The translations under genes were made by a program, and so were the position numbers. From NCBI GenBank assembly GCA_963764715.1, contig CAVXTP010000022.1, positions 656,665 through 720,664 of the forward strand: 64,000 nucleotides of DNA, given 5' to 3'. Under the pieces are notes generated by a model. The model did no database searches, was not told where the DNA came from, and saw nothing but the letters and a program-made list of their open reading frames with translations. Numbering within the stretch: position 1 is the stretch's first letter; each line of letters starts with the position of its first letter. This document shows positions 42,155 through 52,034 of this stretch, piece by piece. The DNA is from an uncultured Acidobacteriota bacterium (GTDB taxonomy: Bacteria > Acidobacteriota > Thermoanaerobaculia > UBA5066 > Gp7-AA6).

Positions 42155-42937
42155 TCAGCGGCCCGGCGCGGGAGGCGGCTTCGCCCCGCGGAGCTCCTCG
42201 ATTTCCTGGAGGATCGCCGCGACGAGCGCCTCGGTGACGACCCTCCCCTTTTCCTTGGTCGCGAGCGTCGCGTCCCCGAATACACCGGAGGGCGAGTAGA
42301 CCTTCCCCTCGGCCTTGGGGTCGCGCGTCAGACCGCCCTTGCCGGGGTGGTAGTCCTTGACGGCCTTGCCCATGTCGACGTCGGCGGGGCTCATGTAGAG
42401 GATCATCGAGGTCTCGATCTCGTCGGCGTGTGTGCCGCCCTCCTGGCGCCCGACGGACTTCTCGACCGGCTCCAGGACCTTGAGCAGGTCGGTGTAGCGC
42501 AGGAGGATGCCTTCGCCAGCGAGGATCTCGACCGCGGGCGCGAGCGCGCGGTTGGTCGACACGCCCGTGTTCAACACGTAGAAGCGCCTGGGGCCGAACC
42601 GGGCCAAGCCCCGGCAGATCTCGACGATCATGTCCCGCGAGGTCTCGAGCGTCAGGCTGGTCGAGCCCGGGTATTCGACGAACGCCGGATAGAAGCCGTA
42701 GTTGACGGTCGGCGCCACGACGACGGCGGACTTCTCGAGGACCCGCTTCTTCAGGTACTCGGACAGGATGAAGTCGTTCTTGAGCTTGAGGTGCGGCCCG
42801 TGCTCCTTCGACTCGGCGCCGAGCGGGATCACGACCACCGTCTCCGGCGTCAGGGCCTTCTCGGCCTCGACCCACGTGAGGTCCTCGAGCACGACGCCCC
42901 GCGCGGCCAGAAGAACGGCGCCGAGAGCGGCGATCAC
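42155..42937 (-). CDS. Creatininase-family amidohydrolase
   Basis: LEDLTW.E, PLG..KEHGPHL..ND, HADEIETS and SPSGVFGDAT.AT.EKG. Confidence 0.88.
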   Translation of the reverse strand: MIAALGAVLLAARGVVLEDLTWVEAEKALTPETVVVIPLGAESKEHGPHLKLKNDFILSEYLKKRVLEKSAVVVAPTVNYGFYPAFVEYPGSTSLTLETSRDMIVEICRGLARFGPRRFYVLNTGVSTNRALAPAVEILAGEGILLRYTDLLKVLEPVEKSVGRQEGGTHADEIETSMILYMSPADVDMGKAVKDYHPGKGGLTRDPKAEGKVYSPSGVFGDATLATKEKGRVVTEALVAAILQEIEELRGAKPPPAPGR

Positions 42938-43191
42938 CGCCCGTCCTCCGCCGCCGCGCGCAGAAGCCGCAGGCGCGCCGCGATCTTCGGAATGCGCCCC
43001 TTCGCGAAGAGCCGTCCGTTGACAAAGAGAACCGGGATCGCGTCCGACCAGCGGCGGGCGATCTCGTCGTCCGAGTCGACGTCGACGACCTCCCAGCGGT
43101 GCTCTTCCCCGGAGAGGAGGCGGTCCACCTCCCCCCGCATCTCCTCGCACAGATGACACCCCGGCCGGGAGAGCAGGCGCAGATCGATCAA
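42934..43191 (-). CDS. Glutaredoxin-like protein (DUF836 type)
   Basis: SRPGCHLC, VDVDSD and IPVL. Confidence 0.88.
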   Translation of the reverse strand: MIDLRLLSRPGCHLCEEMRGEVDRLLSGEEHRWEVVDVDSDDEIARRWSDAIPVLFVNGRLFAKGRIPKIAARLRLLRAAAEDGR

Positions 43192-43195
43192 CGCG

Positions 43196-43759
43196 TCACG
43201 CGACCGGCCGCTCGGGATTGCTCGCGACGCGGTAGACGTAGTCGAAGCCGGAATAGACCGTCATCGTGGCCGCGGCGCCGAAGGCCACGAGGACCACCGG
43301 CCGGGGCCAGTCCCAGATGTTGGCGCAGAGAACGAAGAGAACGGTGGCGATCAGGGTCACCGTGGTGACCTTGCCCGCCCAGCTCGGAGGGAAGCTCTTA
43401 CGTCCGTGCGTCAGGATGAGCAGCAGCCCCACGAGCAGCAGCAGGAAGTCGCGGGACAGGACGAGCACCGCCAGCCAGACGGGCACCTTGACCGCCGCCG
43501 GGTAGGACGGGATCGCGAGAAAGAGATAGGAGGTCATCAGCAGCAGCTTGTCGGCGATCGGGTCGAGGTAGGCGCCGAGCGCCGACTTCATGTCGAACCG
43601 CCGGGCGAGATACCCGTCGACGCCATCGGACAGGCCCGCCGCAACGAAGATGATCAGGGCGATGTCGAAGCGGCCGTCGGCGATCGAGACCAGAAAGAAC
43701 GGGAGCGCCGCGAGGCGGATCAGCGTGATGAAGTTTGGCAGGGTCCAGGGACCCTTCAA
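43196..43759 (-). CDS. CDP-alcohol phosphatidyltransferase (PgsA-like)
   Basis: TLPNFIT..R and D..DG.LAR......GA.LDP.ADK signature. Confidence 0.92.
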   Translation of the reverse strand: MKGPWTLPNFITLIRLAALPFFLVSIADGRFDIALIIFVAAGLSDGVDGYLARRFDMKSALGAYLDPIADKLLLMTSYLFLAIPSYPAAVKVPVWLAVLVLSRDFLLLLVGLLLILTHGRKSFPPSWAGKVTTVTLIATVLFVLCANIWDWPRPVVLVAFGAAATMTVYSGFDYVYRVASNPERPVA

Positions 43760-44451
43760 CGGCGCCTCCACTCGTTCTCGCGGGCGCCGGGTGGCACTTC
43801 CGAGGGCACCCACACGGTCTGGCCTTTCGTGCGGATGAGCTTGCGGTCCTCGAACTGCTTGAGCATCCGCGTGACGGTCTCGCGGGTCGCGCCGATCGAG
43901 TTGGCGATCTCCTGGTGGGTCGGCCGATTGACGACGAAGTAGCCGTCGACGGGCGCCTGGCCCGACTCGTCGGCCAGCCGGAGGAGGTAGCGCGCGAGGC
44001 GTCCGCCGACGTCGAGCAGGGCCATCGACTCGATGACGTCGTTGGCTTTGCGGAGCCGCGTCGAGAGCGTCTGCAGGATCTTGCGGGTCAGAGAGAAGTC
44101 GCGGGCGAGGACGGCGAGAAAGTCGGCCCGGGCGAGGGCGACGAGCTCGCAGTCGGCCGTCGCCGTGACCGAGGCGCTGCGGCCTTCCCCGCCGAAGAGG
44201 GCCATCTCGCCGAAGAAGTCCCCGGCCTGGAGGTGCGAGAGCACGACCTCGCGACCGTCGGGCGAGTCGACGGAGACCTTGACCTCGCCCCGGAGGATGA
44301 CGAAGAAGAGGTCGCCGGGCTCGGCTTCCCGGATGATGGGCGTGCCGGAGGCGTAGGTCCTCGCGGACGCGAGGCGGGACAGCGATTCCAGCTCGCCCGG
44401 CTCGAGCTCCGAGAAGAGTGCGACCTTGCGAAACACGGCGGCGTCAATCAC
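43756..44451 (-). CDS. Crp/Fnr-family transcriptional regulator
   Basis: cNMP domain FFGEMAL..RSASV; HTH THQEIA..IGATRETVTR. Confidence 0.95.
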   Translation of the reverse strand: MIDAAVFRKVALFSELEPGELESLSRLASARTYASGTPIIREAEPGDLFFVILRGEVKVSVDSPDGREVVLSHLQAGDFFGEMALFGGEGRSASVTATADCELVALARADFLAVLARDFSLTRKILQTLSTRLRKANDVIESMALLDVGGRLARYLLRLADESGQAPVDGYFVVNRPTHQEIANSIGATRETVTRMLKQFEDRKLIRTKGQTVWVPSEVPPGARENEWRRR

Positions 44452-45760
44452 GGTTCATGGCCTCCCCGGCCGGGAAGAGCGAGCGGAGACGGTCGAGGCC
44501 CCGGGTGAACTCCGCACCGCTGACGACCGAGCCACCCGATTCTGACAGGAGTTTGCACCTCGCCGCCACGCGAATCGCGTCCTGTCCGGCCTTTCCGGGC
44601 CCGGGGGCCCCCTCGAAGCACTCCGGCCGGGCGCCCGAGGGATCGAGACGCGCGGCGAGGAGCAGCATCATCCGGGCGGCCGAGGCGCGCGTCAGCGGAG
44701 CGTCCGGACGCGCGCGGTGCGTGTACGGGTCGACGTCGAGCAGGCCCAGGGCGAGCGCGCGCATCATGACCCGGCTGTCCCGTCGCTCGAGGACGTCGCT
44801 CGCGACGATGCCCGCCCCCACGACGACCGCCTCGCGCACCTCGGGGAAGTTCCACCAGACGAGGAGCGCCGCTCCCCCGCGCGTCAGCCGCCGGGCCCGG
44901 GCCGCCTGCCGCTCGGCATCCGGCCAGTTCGCGATCCGAAACGCCAGCCTCGCCTCGGCGGCGCGGTCGGCGAAGCGCGGGTCCCGCGCCGCGAGGCCGT
45001 CGAAGAGCGAGACGGCCGTGGCGTAGTCGCCGAGCTCCAGGGCGAGCGCGCCGGCGCGCTCCTCGACCGCGGCGTCGTCGGCGCCCAGGGCGATCGCCTC
45101 GCGGTAGTACCCGAGCGCCCGCTCCCGTTCGCCGAGCTCGCACTCGACGTCTCCGGCGCGGGTCAGGACCGCCGCCGACCGCGACGTCCAGCCGAGCGCG
45201 CGGGCCACCTGGCGCTCCGCTTCCTCCCGCCGGCCCTCGCCGGCGCTCGCGAGCGCCTGCTCGAGCAGGGCCTCGGCCGCCTCGGCGCGCAGGCCGTCGG
45301 CGCGCGCCGCGAAGGCGGGCCGTCCCGGCGCCATCGCGGCCGCGCGATCGTAGAGCTCCACGGCGCCGACCGGGTCCGCCGTGCGGGCGCGGGCCTCGCC
45401 GCACGCCACGAGAAGCGGAACCGTCGGCGGTCCGCCCTCCAGGGCGGCGGTGCAGGGCGCGAGGGCGTCGCCCGACCGGCGGCTCGCGACGAGGACCTCG
45501 ATCGAGCCGATGGCGGCCGCCCGGCCGGAAGGACCGCGGTCGGGGACTCCCCGGAATTCGCGTCCGGCGGCTGCCGTGTCGCCGCGCAGGACCGCCTCCC
45601 ACCCGCGCGCGACGGCGGCATCGAACGGCCCGCTCAGTCCTTCGCGCGGATCCAGCGGAAAGTGGTCCCGCGGCGCCGGCGGCGGGGCGCTCGCGCACCG
45701 CGCGAGGGCGGCGGCGCCGAGGACGGCGAGGAGGACCCGTGGGGAAAGGCCGCGTCGCAT
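44444..45760 (-). CDS. TPR-repeat putative lipoprotein
   Basis: Hydrophobic signal ending LARC; Ala-rich TPR-like helices. Confidence 0.7.
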   Translation of the reverse strand: MRRGLSPRVLLAVLGAAALARCASAPPPAPRDHFPLDPREGLSGPFDAAVARGWEAVLRGDTAAAGREFRGVPDRGPSGRAAAIGSIEVLVASRRSGDALAPCTAALEGGPPTVPLLVACGEARARTADPVGAVELYDRAAAMAPGRPAFAARADGLRAEAAEALLEQALASAGEGRREEAERQVARALGWTSRSAAVLTRAGDVECELGERERALGYYREAIALGADDAAVEERAGALALELGDYATAVSLFDGLAARDPRFADRAAEARLAFRIANWPDAERQAARARRLTRGGAALLVWWNFPEVREAVVVGAGIVASDVLERRDSRVMMRALALGLLDVDPYTHRARPDAPLTRASAARMMLLLAARLDPSGARPECFEGAPGPGKAGQDAIRVAARCKLLSESGGSVVSGAEFTRGLDRLRSLFPAGEAMNRD

Positions 45761-45791
45761 GCGCGGCGCGATTAGCGGCGGGAGGTCGCGA

Positions 45792-46013
45792 TCATGAGCC
45801 CGCGGGCAGACTCTCGGGTCGGATGGAGGCGATCGCATGCTTGTAGATCATCTCCTCGCGCCCCTCGACTTCGAGCACCAGGGCGAACTTGTCGAACCGC
45901 CGGAGCCGCCCGAGCCGCTCTTCGCCGGAGGTCAGGCGGACGGTCACCGGCACGTTGTCCTTGCGGAGGTTGTAGAAGAACGAGTCCTGGACGTTGATGG
46001 GGGCCTTGTTCAT
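45792..46013 (-). CDS. hfq: RNA chaperone Hfq (73 aa)
   Basis: NVQD.F...LRK, FDKF and MIYKHAI; directly downstream of miaA. Confidence 0.93.
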   Translation of the reverse strand: MNKAPINVQDSFFYNLRKDNVPVTVRLTSGEERLGRLRRFDKFALVLEVEGREEMIYKHAIASIRPESLPAGS

Positions 46014-46951
46014 CGCGTCTCCTCGTCGGTCCCTTCGGAAATCAGGGCGAAAGCGGCGGCCGGGCCTTCCTCGGGAGCGACCCAGCGGATCCCGCGCTCG
46101 CGCGAAAACCACGTCATCTGCCGCTTGGCGAGGCTGCGCGTCGCGCTCACGATCCGTTCCTGGACCTCCCCTTGGGGAAGGCGCCCGAGCACCCACTCGG
46201 CCACCTCCCGATACCCGATCGCCTGAAAGGAATTCGAATCCCGGGATAGACCGCCTTCGAGAAGCCGCCGGACTTCCGCATCCCACCCCGACTCGAGCAT
46301 CCGGCGGACTCGATCTTCAATCCTAGCATGGAGTTGCGCACGCGACGGGCGAAGCCCCAGCTTTCGCACCCGAAACCGCTCGGACCAGCCGTCGGAGCCG
46401 ACCGGCCGCGCCGAGGCGGGCGCGCCCGTCGACAGCACGATCTCCAGCGCGCGCAGCGTGTACTTGAGATTCCCGACCGGGATTCTCGCGGCGGAGATCG
46501 AATCGTTCAACCGGAGAAACCGGTGCGCGGCCTCCGCTCCCCGCGACGCGGCCCACGCCGCGAGGGCGGGCCGGAGGGCGGCGGCCCGCACGGGCTCCGG
46601 AGGCAGGCCGCCGAGGAGCGCCGAAACGTAAAAGCCGCTGCCTCCGCAGACGATCGGCAGGCGGCCGCGCCGCGCGATGTCCTCGACGATCGGGCGGGCC
46701 TCGCTCGCGAACCGCCCGGCCGAGAATGGCTCCGCCGGATCCGCCACGTCGATCATGTGGTACCGGACCTCGGCGCGCTGCGCGAGCGTCGGCTTCGCCG
46801 TGCCGGCGTCGAGACCGCGGTAGACCGCGAAGGCGTCGGCCGAGACGATCTCTCCGCCGCGGCTCCGCGCGACCTCGTGCGCGAGGTCGGTCTTGCCCGA
46901 ACCGGTCGGGCCGACGACGACGAGCAGCAGCGGACGATGATCGGACGTCAC
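46010..46951 (-). CDS. miaA: tRNA dimethylallyltransferase
   Basis: GPTGSGKT, GTAKP, GGSGFY, QAIGYRE and AKRQMTWF. Confidence 0.96.
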   Translation of the reverse strand: MTSDHRPLLLVVVGPTGSGKTDLAHEVARSRGGEIVSADAFAVYRGLDAGTAKPTLAQRAEVRYHMIDVADPAEPFSAGRFASEARPIVEDIARRGRLPIVCGGSGFYVSALLGGLPPEPVRAAALRPALAAWAASRGAEAAHRFLRLNDSISAARIPVGNLKYTLRALEIVLSTGAPASARPVGSDGWSERFRVRKLGLRPSRAQLHARIEDRVRRMLESGWDAEVRRLLEGGLSRDSNSFQAIGYREVAEWVLGRLPQGEVQERIVSATRSLAKRQMTWFSRERGIRWVAPEEGPAAAFALISEGTDEETR

Positions 46952-49317
46952 GGCCGCTCCCGTCCTCTCCAGTCGAGCCGGGTGTGCGTCGGCAGGAGCT
47001 CGACGAGGGCGTCCGAGCGCTCGTCGGTCCGCAGAAGGACGGCCCCGGAGCGCGAGAGCGTCGCGAGCGTGACGGCGGCCGGGTGACCGAACCGGTTCCG
47101 CCGTCCGCACGACAGGAGGGCCACGCGCGGGCGCGCGGCCTCCAGGAACGCCGGCGTCGTCGAGGTCCGGCTGCCGTGGTGCGCGACCTTGAGCGCGTCG
47201 ACCCGCGCAATGGCGCCGCTCGCGGCGAGCGCCGCCTCGGTCGGGGCGCCGATGTCTCCCGTGAGAAGCGCCCGACGGCCGCCCCGTTCGACGAGCAGAA
47301 CGGCCGACTGGTTGTTGATCGCGTCGGTCTTGCGGCGTTCGCCGCCCGAGTGCAGGACCGTCACGTTCGTCCCTTCGAGCGCGAACCGCTCTCCCGCCAC
47401 GAGAGCCCGGACCCGGACGCTGCGACGCGACGCGAGCCCCGAAAGTCGCGCGGCGAAGCCGCCCTCGTCCTCCCCCGCCGAGAGCCACAGCTCGCCGACC
47501 GGAAGCTCCTCGAGGACCGCGAAGAGCCCCAGGGCGTGGTCCGGGTGCGGGTGCGTGAGCAGCACCGCGTCGAGGCGCGTGACGCCCCGGTCGAGGAGCT
47601 TCGGCAGCACCCGCGTGCGGCCGAACTCCGTGGCCTCGGGATCGAACGGACCGCCGCCATCGACGAGAATCGCCCTCCGCTTCCAGCGCAGGAGTATCGC
47701 GTCTCCCTGCCCGACGTCGAGGGCTTCGACCGAAAAGCCCCGCTCGGGCCCCGTTCGCCCCGGGCGGAGAGCCAGCACGAGGAACACCACCGCCGCCCCG
47801 GCCGCCGCGCTCCGCCGCAGGCGCGGCGGCGCCAGGGCCGCGGCGAGGAGCAATGCCCCGACGGCCAGGACGCCCGAAAGCGGCGGCGTCGGCCGCAGAT
47901 ACGCCGCGCCGGCCGCCCGATCCGCGAGCCACTCGAGCAACCGCGACCCCTGGCCGAAGAGCGCCGCCAGGGGCCCGGCCGGGATCCCGCACGCATACGC
48001 CAGCAGCAGGGCCCCGCCGAGGGCGATCAGCGCCGCCGAAAGCGGGACCGAGAGCGGCGACGTCAGCCAGGCGCCCGCGGCGACGAGGTTGAACCGCCAC
48101 AGAAGAATCGGCGCCGTCGCGCACTCGGCCGCGACCGCCGCCGCGAGGCCGGACCAGAGCCACTCCGGCGGCTCCGGCAGGCGCGCCCGGATCGGCGCGG
48201 AGAAGGCCCCGATGCCGGAGACGGCCGCGAACGTGAGCAGCGTCCCGACCGAGAAGAGCGCGGCCGGGTCGCCGAGGAAGAGAGCGAGGGCCGAGAGGCC
48301 GATCGCCTGCGCCGCGCCGATCGGCCGCTCGAGAAGCCGGGTCGCGAGAAACGTTCCGACGACGAGACCAGCGCGCACGGCCGGCGGATTCGCGCCGCCG
48401 ACGAGCACGAAGAGGAACACCGAAACGAGAAGGGCCAGGTCGCGGCGCTTGCCCTCGATTCGAGCGAGCCGCAGGAGCGCCAGCACGAGACCCGCCTCGA
48501 GCACGACGTGCAGTCCGGAGACGACGAGCAGGTGGTAGAGGCCCCCGCGCCGGTACCGCGCGACCATTCCGCGGTCGAGCTCGGAAGTCCGCCCGAGAAG
48601 CAGCGCGGCGAGAGGGCCCCGAACGTCGCGCTCGTACGCGGCGTCTCCCTCCGGAGGAAGGGCCCGGAAGAGGGCGCGGTTGGGCCACGTGAGAAGCGAG
48701 AGGATGGTCGCGCCCTGCCGATCGACCATCCTCGCGCTCTTGACCGAAAGCCGGAATCTCGGCCACGGGAGCGCGACCTCCCGCCCGGAGGCGGGCAGCT
48801 CCTCCGGCTCGAGACGTCCCGTGAGGCGGACCCGGTCCCCTCGGCCCGCAACCGGCTCGACGGGCGTCTCGCCCGACACGAAGACCGTGACCTCGGCCGG
48901 GAACGGCCGCCAGGCGCCATCCGCCGGCATCCACAGGCGTTCGGCCGCGAGCGTGGTGCGCGCGCGGGGCGGTCGCCCGCTCCAGAAGTCCGCCAGCCGC
49001 CCTTCGAGGACGTCGGCGCCGCTCCTTCCTGCGGGAAGGGCGGCGAACGTGCGGGAGGCCGCGCGGGCGGGCTCGGCGATCCGGACCGCGCCCGAGAGAA
49101 ACCCGAGCGACAACCAGAGCGTCGCGAACGCGAGACGGAGGGCCGGACCGCGCCCGCGCCCCGCGAGCCTTGCCAGGCCCGCGGCGGAAACGGCGGCGAG
49201 GCACGCCGCGGCGGCGATGCCCTCGTCCGACCAGGAGCCCAGAAAGATCCCGCCGACCGCCCAGGCCGCCGCCTTCGCCGCCGGCGCCCGGCCGCCGGCG
49301 AGGACGGGCCGGATCAC
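46948..49317 (-). CDS. comEC: ComEC/Rec2 competence channel with metallo-beta-lactamase domain
   Basis: HLLVVSGLHV, DVGQGDA, THPHPDH, TGDI and KVAHHGS. Confidence 0.93.
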   Translation of the reverse strand: MIRPVLAGGRAPAAKAAAWAVGGIFLGSWSDEGIAAAACLAAVSAAGLARLAGRGRGPALRLAFATLWLSLGFLSGAVRIAEPARAASRTFAALPAGRSGADVLEGRLADFWSGRPPRARTTLAAERLWMPADGAWRPFPAEVTVFVSGETPVEPVAGRGDRVRLTGRLEPEELPASGREVALPWPRFRLSVKSARMVDRQGATILSLLTWPNRALFRALPPEGDAAYERDVRGPLAALLLGRTSELDRGMVARYRRGGLYHLLVVSGLHVVLEAGLVLALLRLARIEGKRRDLALLVSVFLFVLVGGANPPAVRAGLVVGTFLATRLLERPIGAAQAIGLSALALFLGDPAALFSVGTLLTFAAVSGIGAFSAPIRARLPEPPEWLWSGLAAAVAAECATAPILLWRFNLVAAGAWLTSPLSVPLSAALIALGGALLLAYACGIPAGPLAALFGQGSRLLEWLADRAAGAAYLRPTPPLSGVLAVGALLLAAALAPPRLRRSAAAGAAVVFLVLALRPGRTGPERGFSVEALDVGQGDAILLRWKRRAILVDGGGPFDPEATEFGRTRVLPKLLDRGVTRLDAVLLTHPHPDHALGLFAVLEELPVGELWLSAGEDEGGFAARLSGLASRRSVRVRALVAGERFALEGTNVTVLHSGGERRKTDAINNQSAVLLVERGGRRALLTGDIGAPTEAALAASGAIARVDALKVAHHGSRTSTTPAFLEAARPRVALLSCGRRNRFGHPAAVTLATLSRSGAVLLRTDERSDALVELLPTHTRLDWRGRERP

Positions 49318-50600
49318 GCGGTGCGCTCGAGCGCGACCAGCGCCTCCACGCGATGGGTCAGGGGGAAGAGGTCGAAGAGCCGGGCCTCGCGGACGGAGAA
49401 GCCCTCGGCGAGAAGCACCGTGAGGTCGCGGCCCAGCGTGGCCGGGTCGCACGAGACGTAGAGGAAGACGTTCTGCGCCCGCCGGGCGAGCTCGCGCGAA
49501 AGCTCGAGGCCGAGGCCCGCCCGCGGCGGATCCGCCACGACGCAGGAAAACCTCCGGTCGTCCTGCGCGAGGAACGCGTCGATGTCGCAGGCGGAGGTCT
49601 CGCAGCGCTCGCGGTCCGGCCAGTCTTCGAGCGAGAGCGCCGCGTCCTCCGCCGCGCCGGCGTCCGCCTCGACCGACGTCGCCCGATGCCCGGCGTCCAG
49701 CAGCGCTCCGGCGAAGAGCCCCGCGCCGCCGAACGCGTCGAGCGCGTCGCCGGGCGGCGCGCGGCGGGCTGCCTCCCGGACGGCCGCCGAAAGCGGCCCG
49801 ACGAGATGGCGGTTTCCCTGGAAGAACGTGTCGACCGAGACGCGGAAGGCCCGGCCTTCGACCGTGAGCGTCAGGCGGTCGTCGCCCCGGGCGACGAGGA
49901 CGGCGCCGTCGGGACCTCGGACCGTGACGCCCTGGAAGTCGGAGGCGAGCGCCGCGGCGAGCTCCGCGGCCTCGCGGGGCGCTCCCGACAGCGTCGCCCG
50001 AACGAGCCGCCGGTCGCCCGGGATGTTCTCGAGGAGGGCGACCTCCGTGACCTCGCCCCGCGTCTTCGCGACCGCGGACTCGATCGCCGGCAGAAGCGCC
50101 CGCGTCGGCGCCGCGATCGCCTCGCAGTCGCCGGCCGGCACGACGCGGTGGGTGCCTGGGGCGAAGTAGCCGAGCGCGCCACGGGCGGCGTGGAGGCGGG
50201 TGCGCAGGCGGTGCGCGGCGGGCGAGGCCTCCACGGGCAGCTCGCCGAAAAGGGCCGGATCGAGCCGCGACAGCCGCTGCATCGTCTCGAGGAAGAGCGT
50301 CCGCTTCGCGCGCCGGGCGGCCCCCGGCTCGAAGTGGGCCCAGTCGCAGCCAGCGCAGCCCGCATGCCTTCCCTCGACCCGATCCGGAGAGGGCTCCCGC
50401 AGGGCGGCGACTCGTCCCCGCCAGAACTTCTTCTTCACCTGATAAACAATTGTCGCGACGAGCTCGCCCGGGAGCGCGCGATCCACGAATCCGACGCCGT
50501 CCTCGGTGCGGACGATGCCCTCCCCCGTCGGCGCGAGCTTCTCGATCCGGACGATCCGCTCCGGCTCCCGATCCCGGCGCGGCCCCGGCGGAGCGCTCAC
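49314..50600 (-). CDS. 23S rRNA m5U methyltransferase, RlmD/TrmA family
   Basis: TRAM domain, FFQGN, DPPRAG, YVSCDP.TL.RD and DLFP.T..VE. Confidence 0.9.
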   Translation of the reverse strand: MSAPPGPRRDREPERIVRIEKLAPTGEGIVRTEDGVGFVDRALPGELVATIVYQVKKKFWRGRVAALREPSPDRVEGRHAGCAGCDWAHFEPGAARRAKRTLFLETMQRLSRLDPALFGELPVEASPAAHRLRTRLHAARGALGYFAPGTHRVVPAGDCEAIAAPTRALLPAIESAVAKTRGEVTEVALLENIPGDRRLVRATLSGAPREAAELAAALASDFQGVTVRGPDGAVLVARGDDRLTLTVEGRAFRVSVDTFFQGNRHLVGPLSAAVREAARRAPPGDALDAFGGAGLFAGALLDAGHRATSVEADAGAAEDAALSLEDWPDRERCETSACDIDAFLAQDDRRFSCVVADPPRAGLGLELSRELARRAQNVFLYVSCDPATLGRDLTVLLAEGFSVREARLFDLFPLTHRVEALVALERTA

Positions 50601-51259
50601 AGGAGCGAGAGCCTCGGCAGCTCGAGCCGTTCCCGGATCGCACGGCGGGTCAGCGCCCGCGAGGTCTTCTCGAGGGTCACGGCGTCCATGCGGTCGCCCG
50701 CCCCGGCGAGAAGGCGTGCGACCTCGGCGTCGACTTCGCGGCGTTCGGGCTCCGGCAGGGCCTCGGCGATCTCGCGCGCGAGGCGGCGGTCGAGGCGGGC
50801 GAGCGAGTCCTCGATCTCCTCCGGGGTCTTTCCCGAGGTCTCGAGGCGGGCGAGGGACCGGCGCGCGGAGGCGAGCGGGACGGCGAGGTCCCCGCGCCTC
50901 GCCTCGAGCGCTTCGAGGCTCCCGGCGAGGGATCGAAGGGCCGCCGCCGCGTCCGGCGCCGCAGCCCCGGCGGGCCCGCCGCGGCCGCGGGACGTTTCCG
51001 CCCGGCGCTCCCAGGCTTCGAGCACGGCGTCCCGGCAGTACGAGAGCGAATTGACGCGGCCGACGGCCGAGCGCTCCTCCCGCCGCGAAAAGGCCTCCTC
51101 GATCCCGGCCTCCACGGCCTCGAGCGGCACCCCGAGGGCGCGCCACTCGCGCAGGAGGGCGAAGTCCCGGGGCGAGAGGAGAAAGGGCGTGCCTCGCCGC
51201 CGCACGAAGGCCGCCTCGGCCGCGGCGTAGTAGGCCCTATCCTCCCCGGTTTCGCTCAT
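50597..51259 (-). CDS. Conserved hypothetical protein
   Basis: YY..E..F..RRG...LLSP.D...W...GVPLEAV..GI..F and SL.YC; embedded in an overlapping operon. Confidence 0.8.
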   Translation of the reverse strand: MSETGEDRAYYAAAEAAFVRRRGTPFLLSPRDFALLREWRALGVPLEAVEAGIEEAFSRREERSAVGRVNSLSYCRDAVLEAWERRAETSRGRGGPAGAAAPDAAAALRSLAGSLEALEARRGDLAVPLASARRSLARLETSGKTPEEIEDSLARLDRRLAREIAEALPEPERREVDAEVARLLAGAGDRMDAVTLEKTSRALTRRAIRERLELPRLSLL

Positions 51260-52034
51260 CGATGATCCGCAGGCCGCGCAGAGTCAGGAGCGGATCGACC
51301 TCCTCGATCCGCTCGGACCCGCCGCCGAAGAGGCTGGCGAGCCCTCCGGTCGCAAGGACGCGCGGCTTGCCTCCGATCTCGGAGACGATGCGGTCGATCA
51401 TCCCGTCGACGAGCGACAGGTATCCGAAGTACAGCCCCGACTGGATCGAGGCCGCCGTCGTCTTGCCGACGACCCTCTCGGGCCGCTTGATCTCGACGCG
51501 CCACAGCTTGGCCGCCTTCTCGAAGAGGGCCTCGGCCGAGATCGAGATCCCCGGAACGATCACACCGCCCGCGTATTCGCCCCGGGCCGTGACGACGTCG
51601 AAGGTCGTGGCCGTGCCGAAGTCGACCACGATGCACGGACCGCCCACCCGGTCGAACGCGGCGACCGCGTTGACGATGCGGTCCGCGCCCACCTCCTGCG
51701 GCATGTCGTAGAGGATGGGCATGCCCGTCTTCACGCCCGGCTCGACGAAGAGCGGCTCGCGCTCGAGGACCTGGCGCAGCGCCTGGCGGAGCGAGAACTT
51801 CAGCGACGGAACGACGCTCGCGACGATCACGCGCATCGGCGAGAGCTCTTCCGGCACCGGGCCCGCGGCGAAGAGGCCCCGGATCGAGAGGGCGATCTCG
51901 TCCGAGGTCGCGTCGCGCCGCGTGGTCAGGCGCCAGTTGCGCGCGAGCTCGGCGCCCCGCCAGAGGCCGAGCACCGTGTTCGTGTTGCCGACGTCGACCG
52001 CGAGGAGCGGGAGCGGCGCGCCGCCTTCTACCAC
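51237..52034 (-). CDS. coaX: Type III pantothenate kinase
   Basis: DVGNTN, SVVP, GADR, DFGTATT and ATGG. Confidence 0.95.
   Translation of the reverse strand: MVEGGAPLPLLAVDVGNTNTVLGLWRGAELARNWRLTTRRDATSDEIALSIRGLFAAGPVPEELSPMRVIVASVVPSLKFSLRQALRQVLEREPLFVEPGVKTGMPILYDMPQEVGADRIVNAVAAFDRVGGPCIVVDFGTATTFDVVTARGEYAGGVIVPGISISAEALFEKAAKLWRVEIKRPERVVGKTTAASIQSGLYFGYLSLVDGMIDRIVSEIGGKPRVLATGGLASLFGGGSERIEEVDPLLTLRGLRIIDERNRGG

Noticed and set aside
50330-50380. RlmD Fe-S motif with only two Cys (HAGCAGCDW)
   Set aside because: Loss of cluster cysteines is a known variation in this family; catalytic motifs are intact
46010-50643. Apparent giant fusions of miaA (1064 aa) or comEC (1231 aa) in the ORF track
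   Set aside because: The N-terminal extensions are off-frame reads through upstream genes; true starts overlap the upstream stop codons
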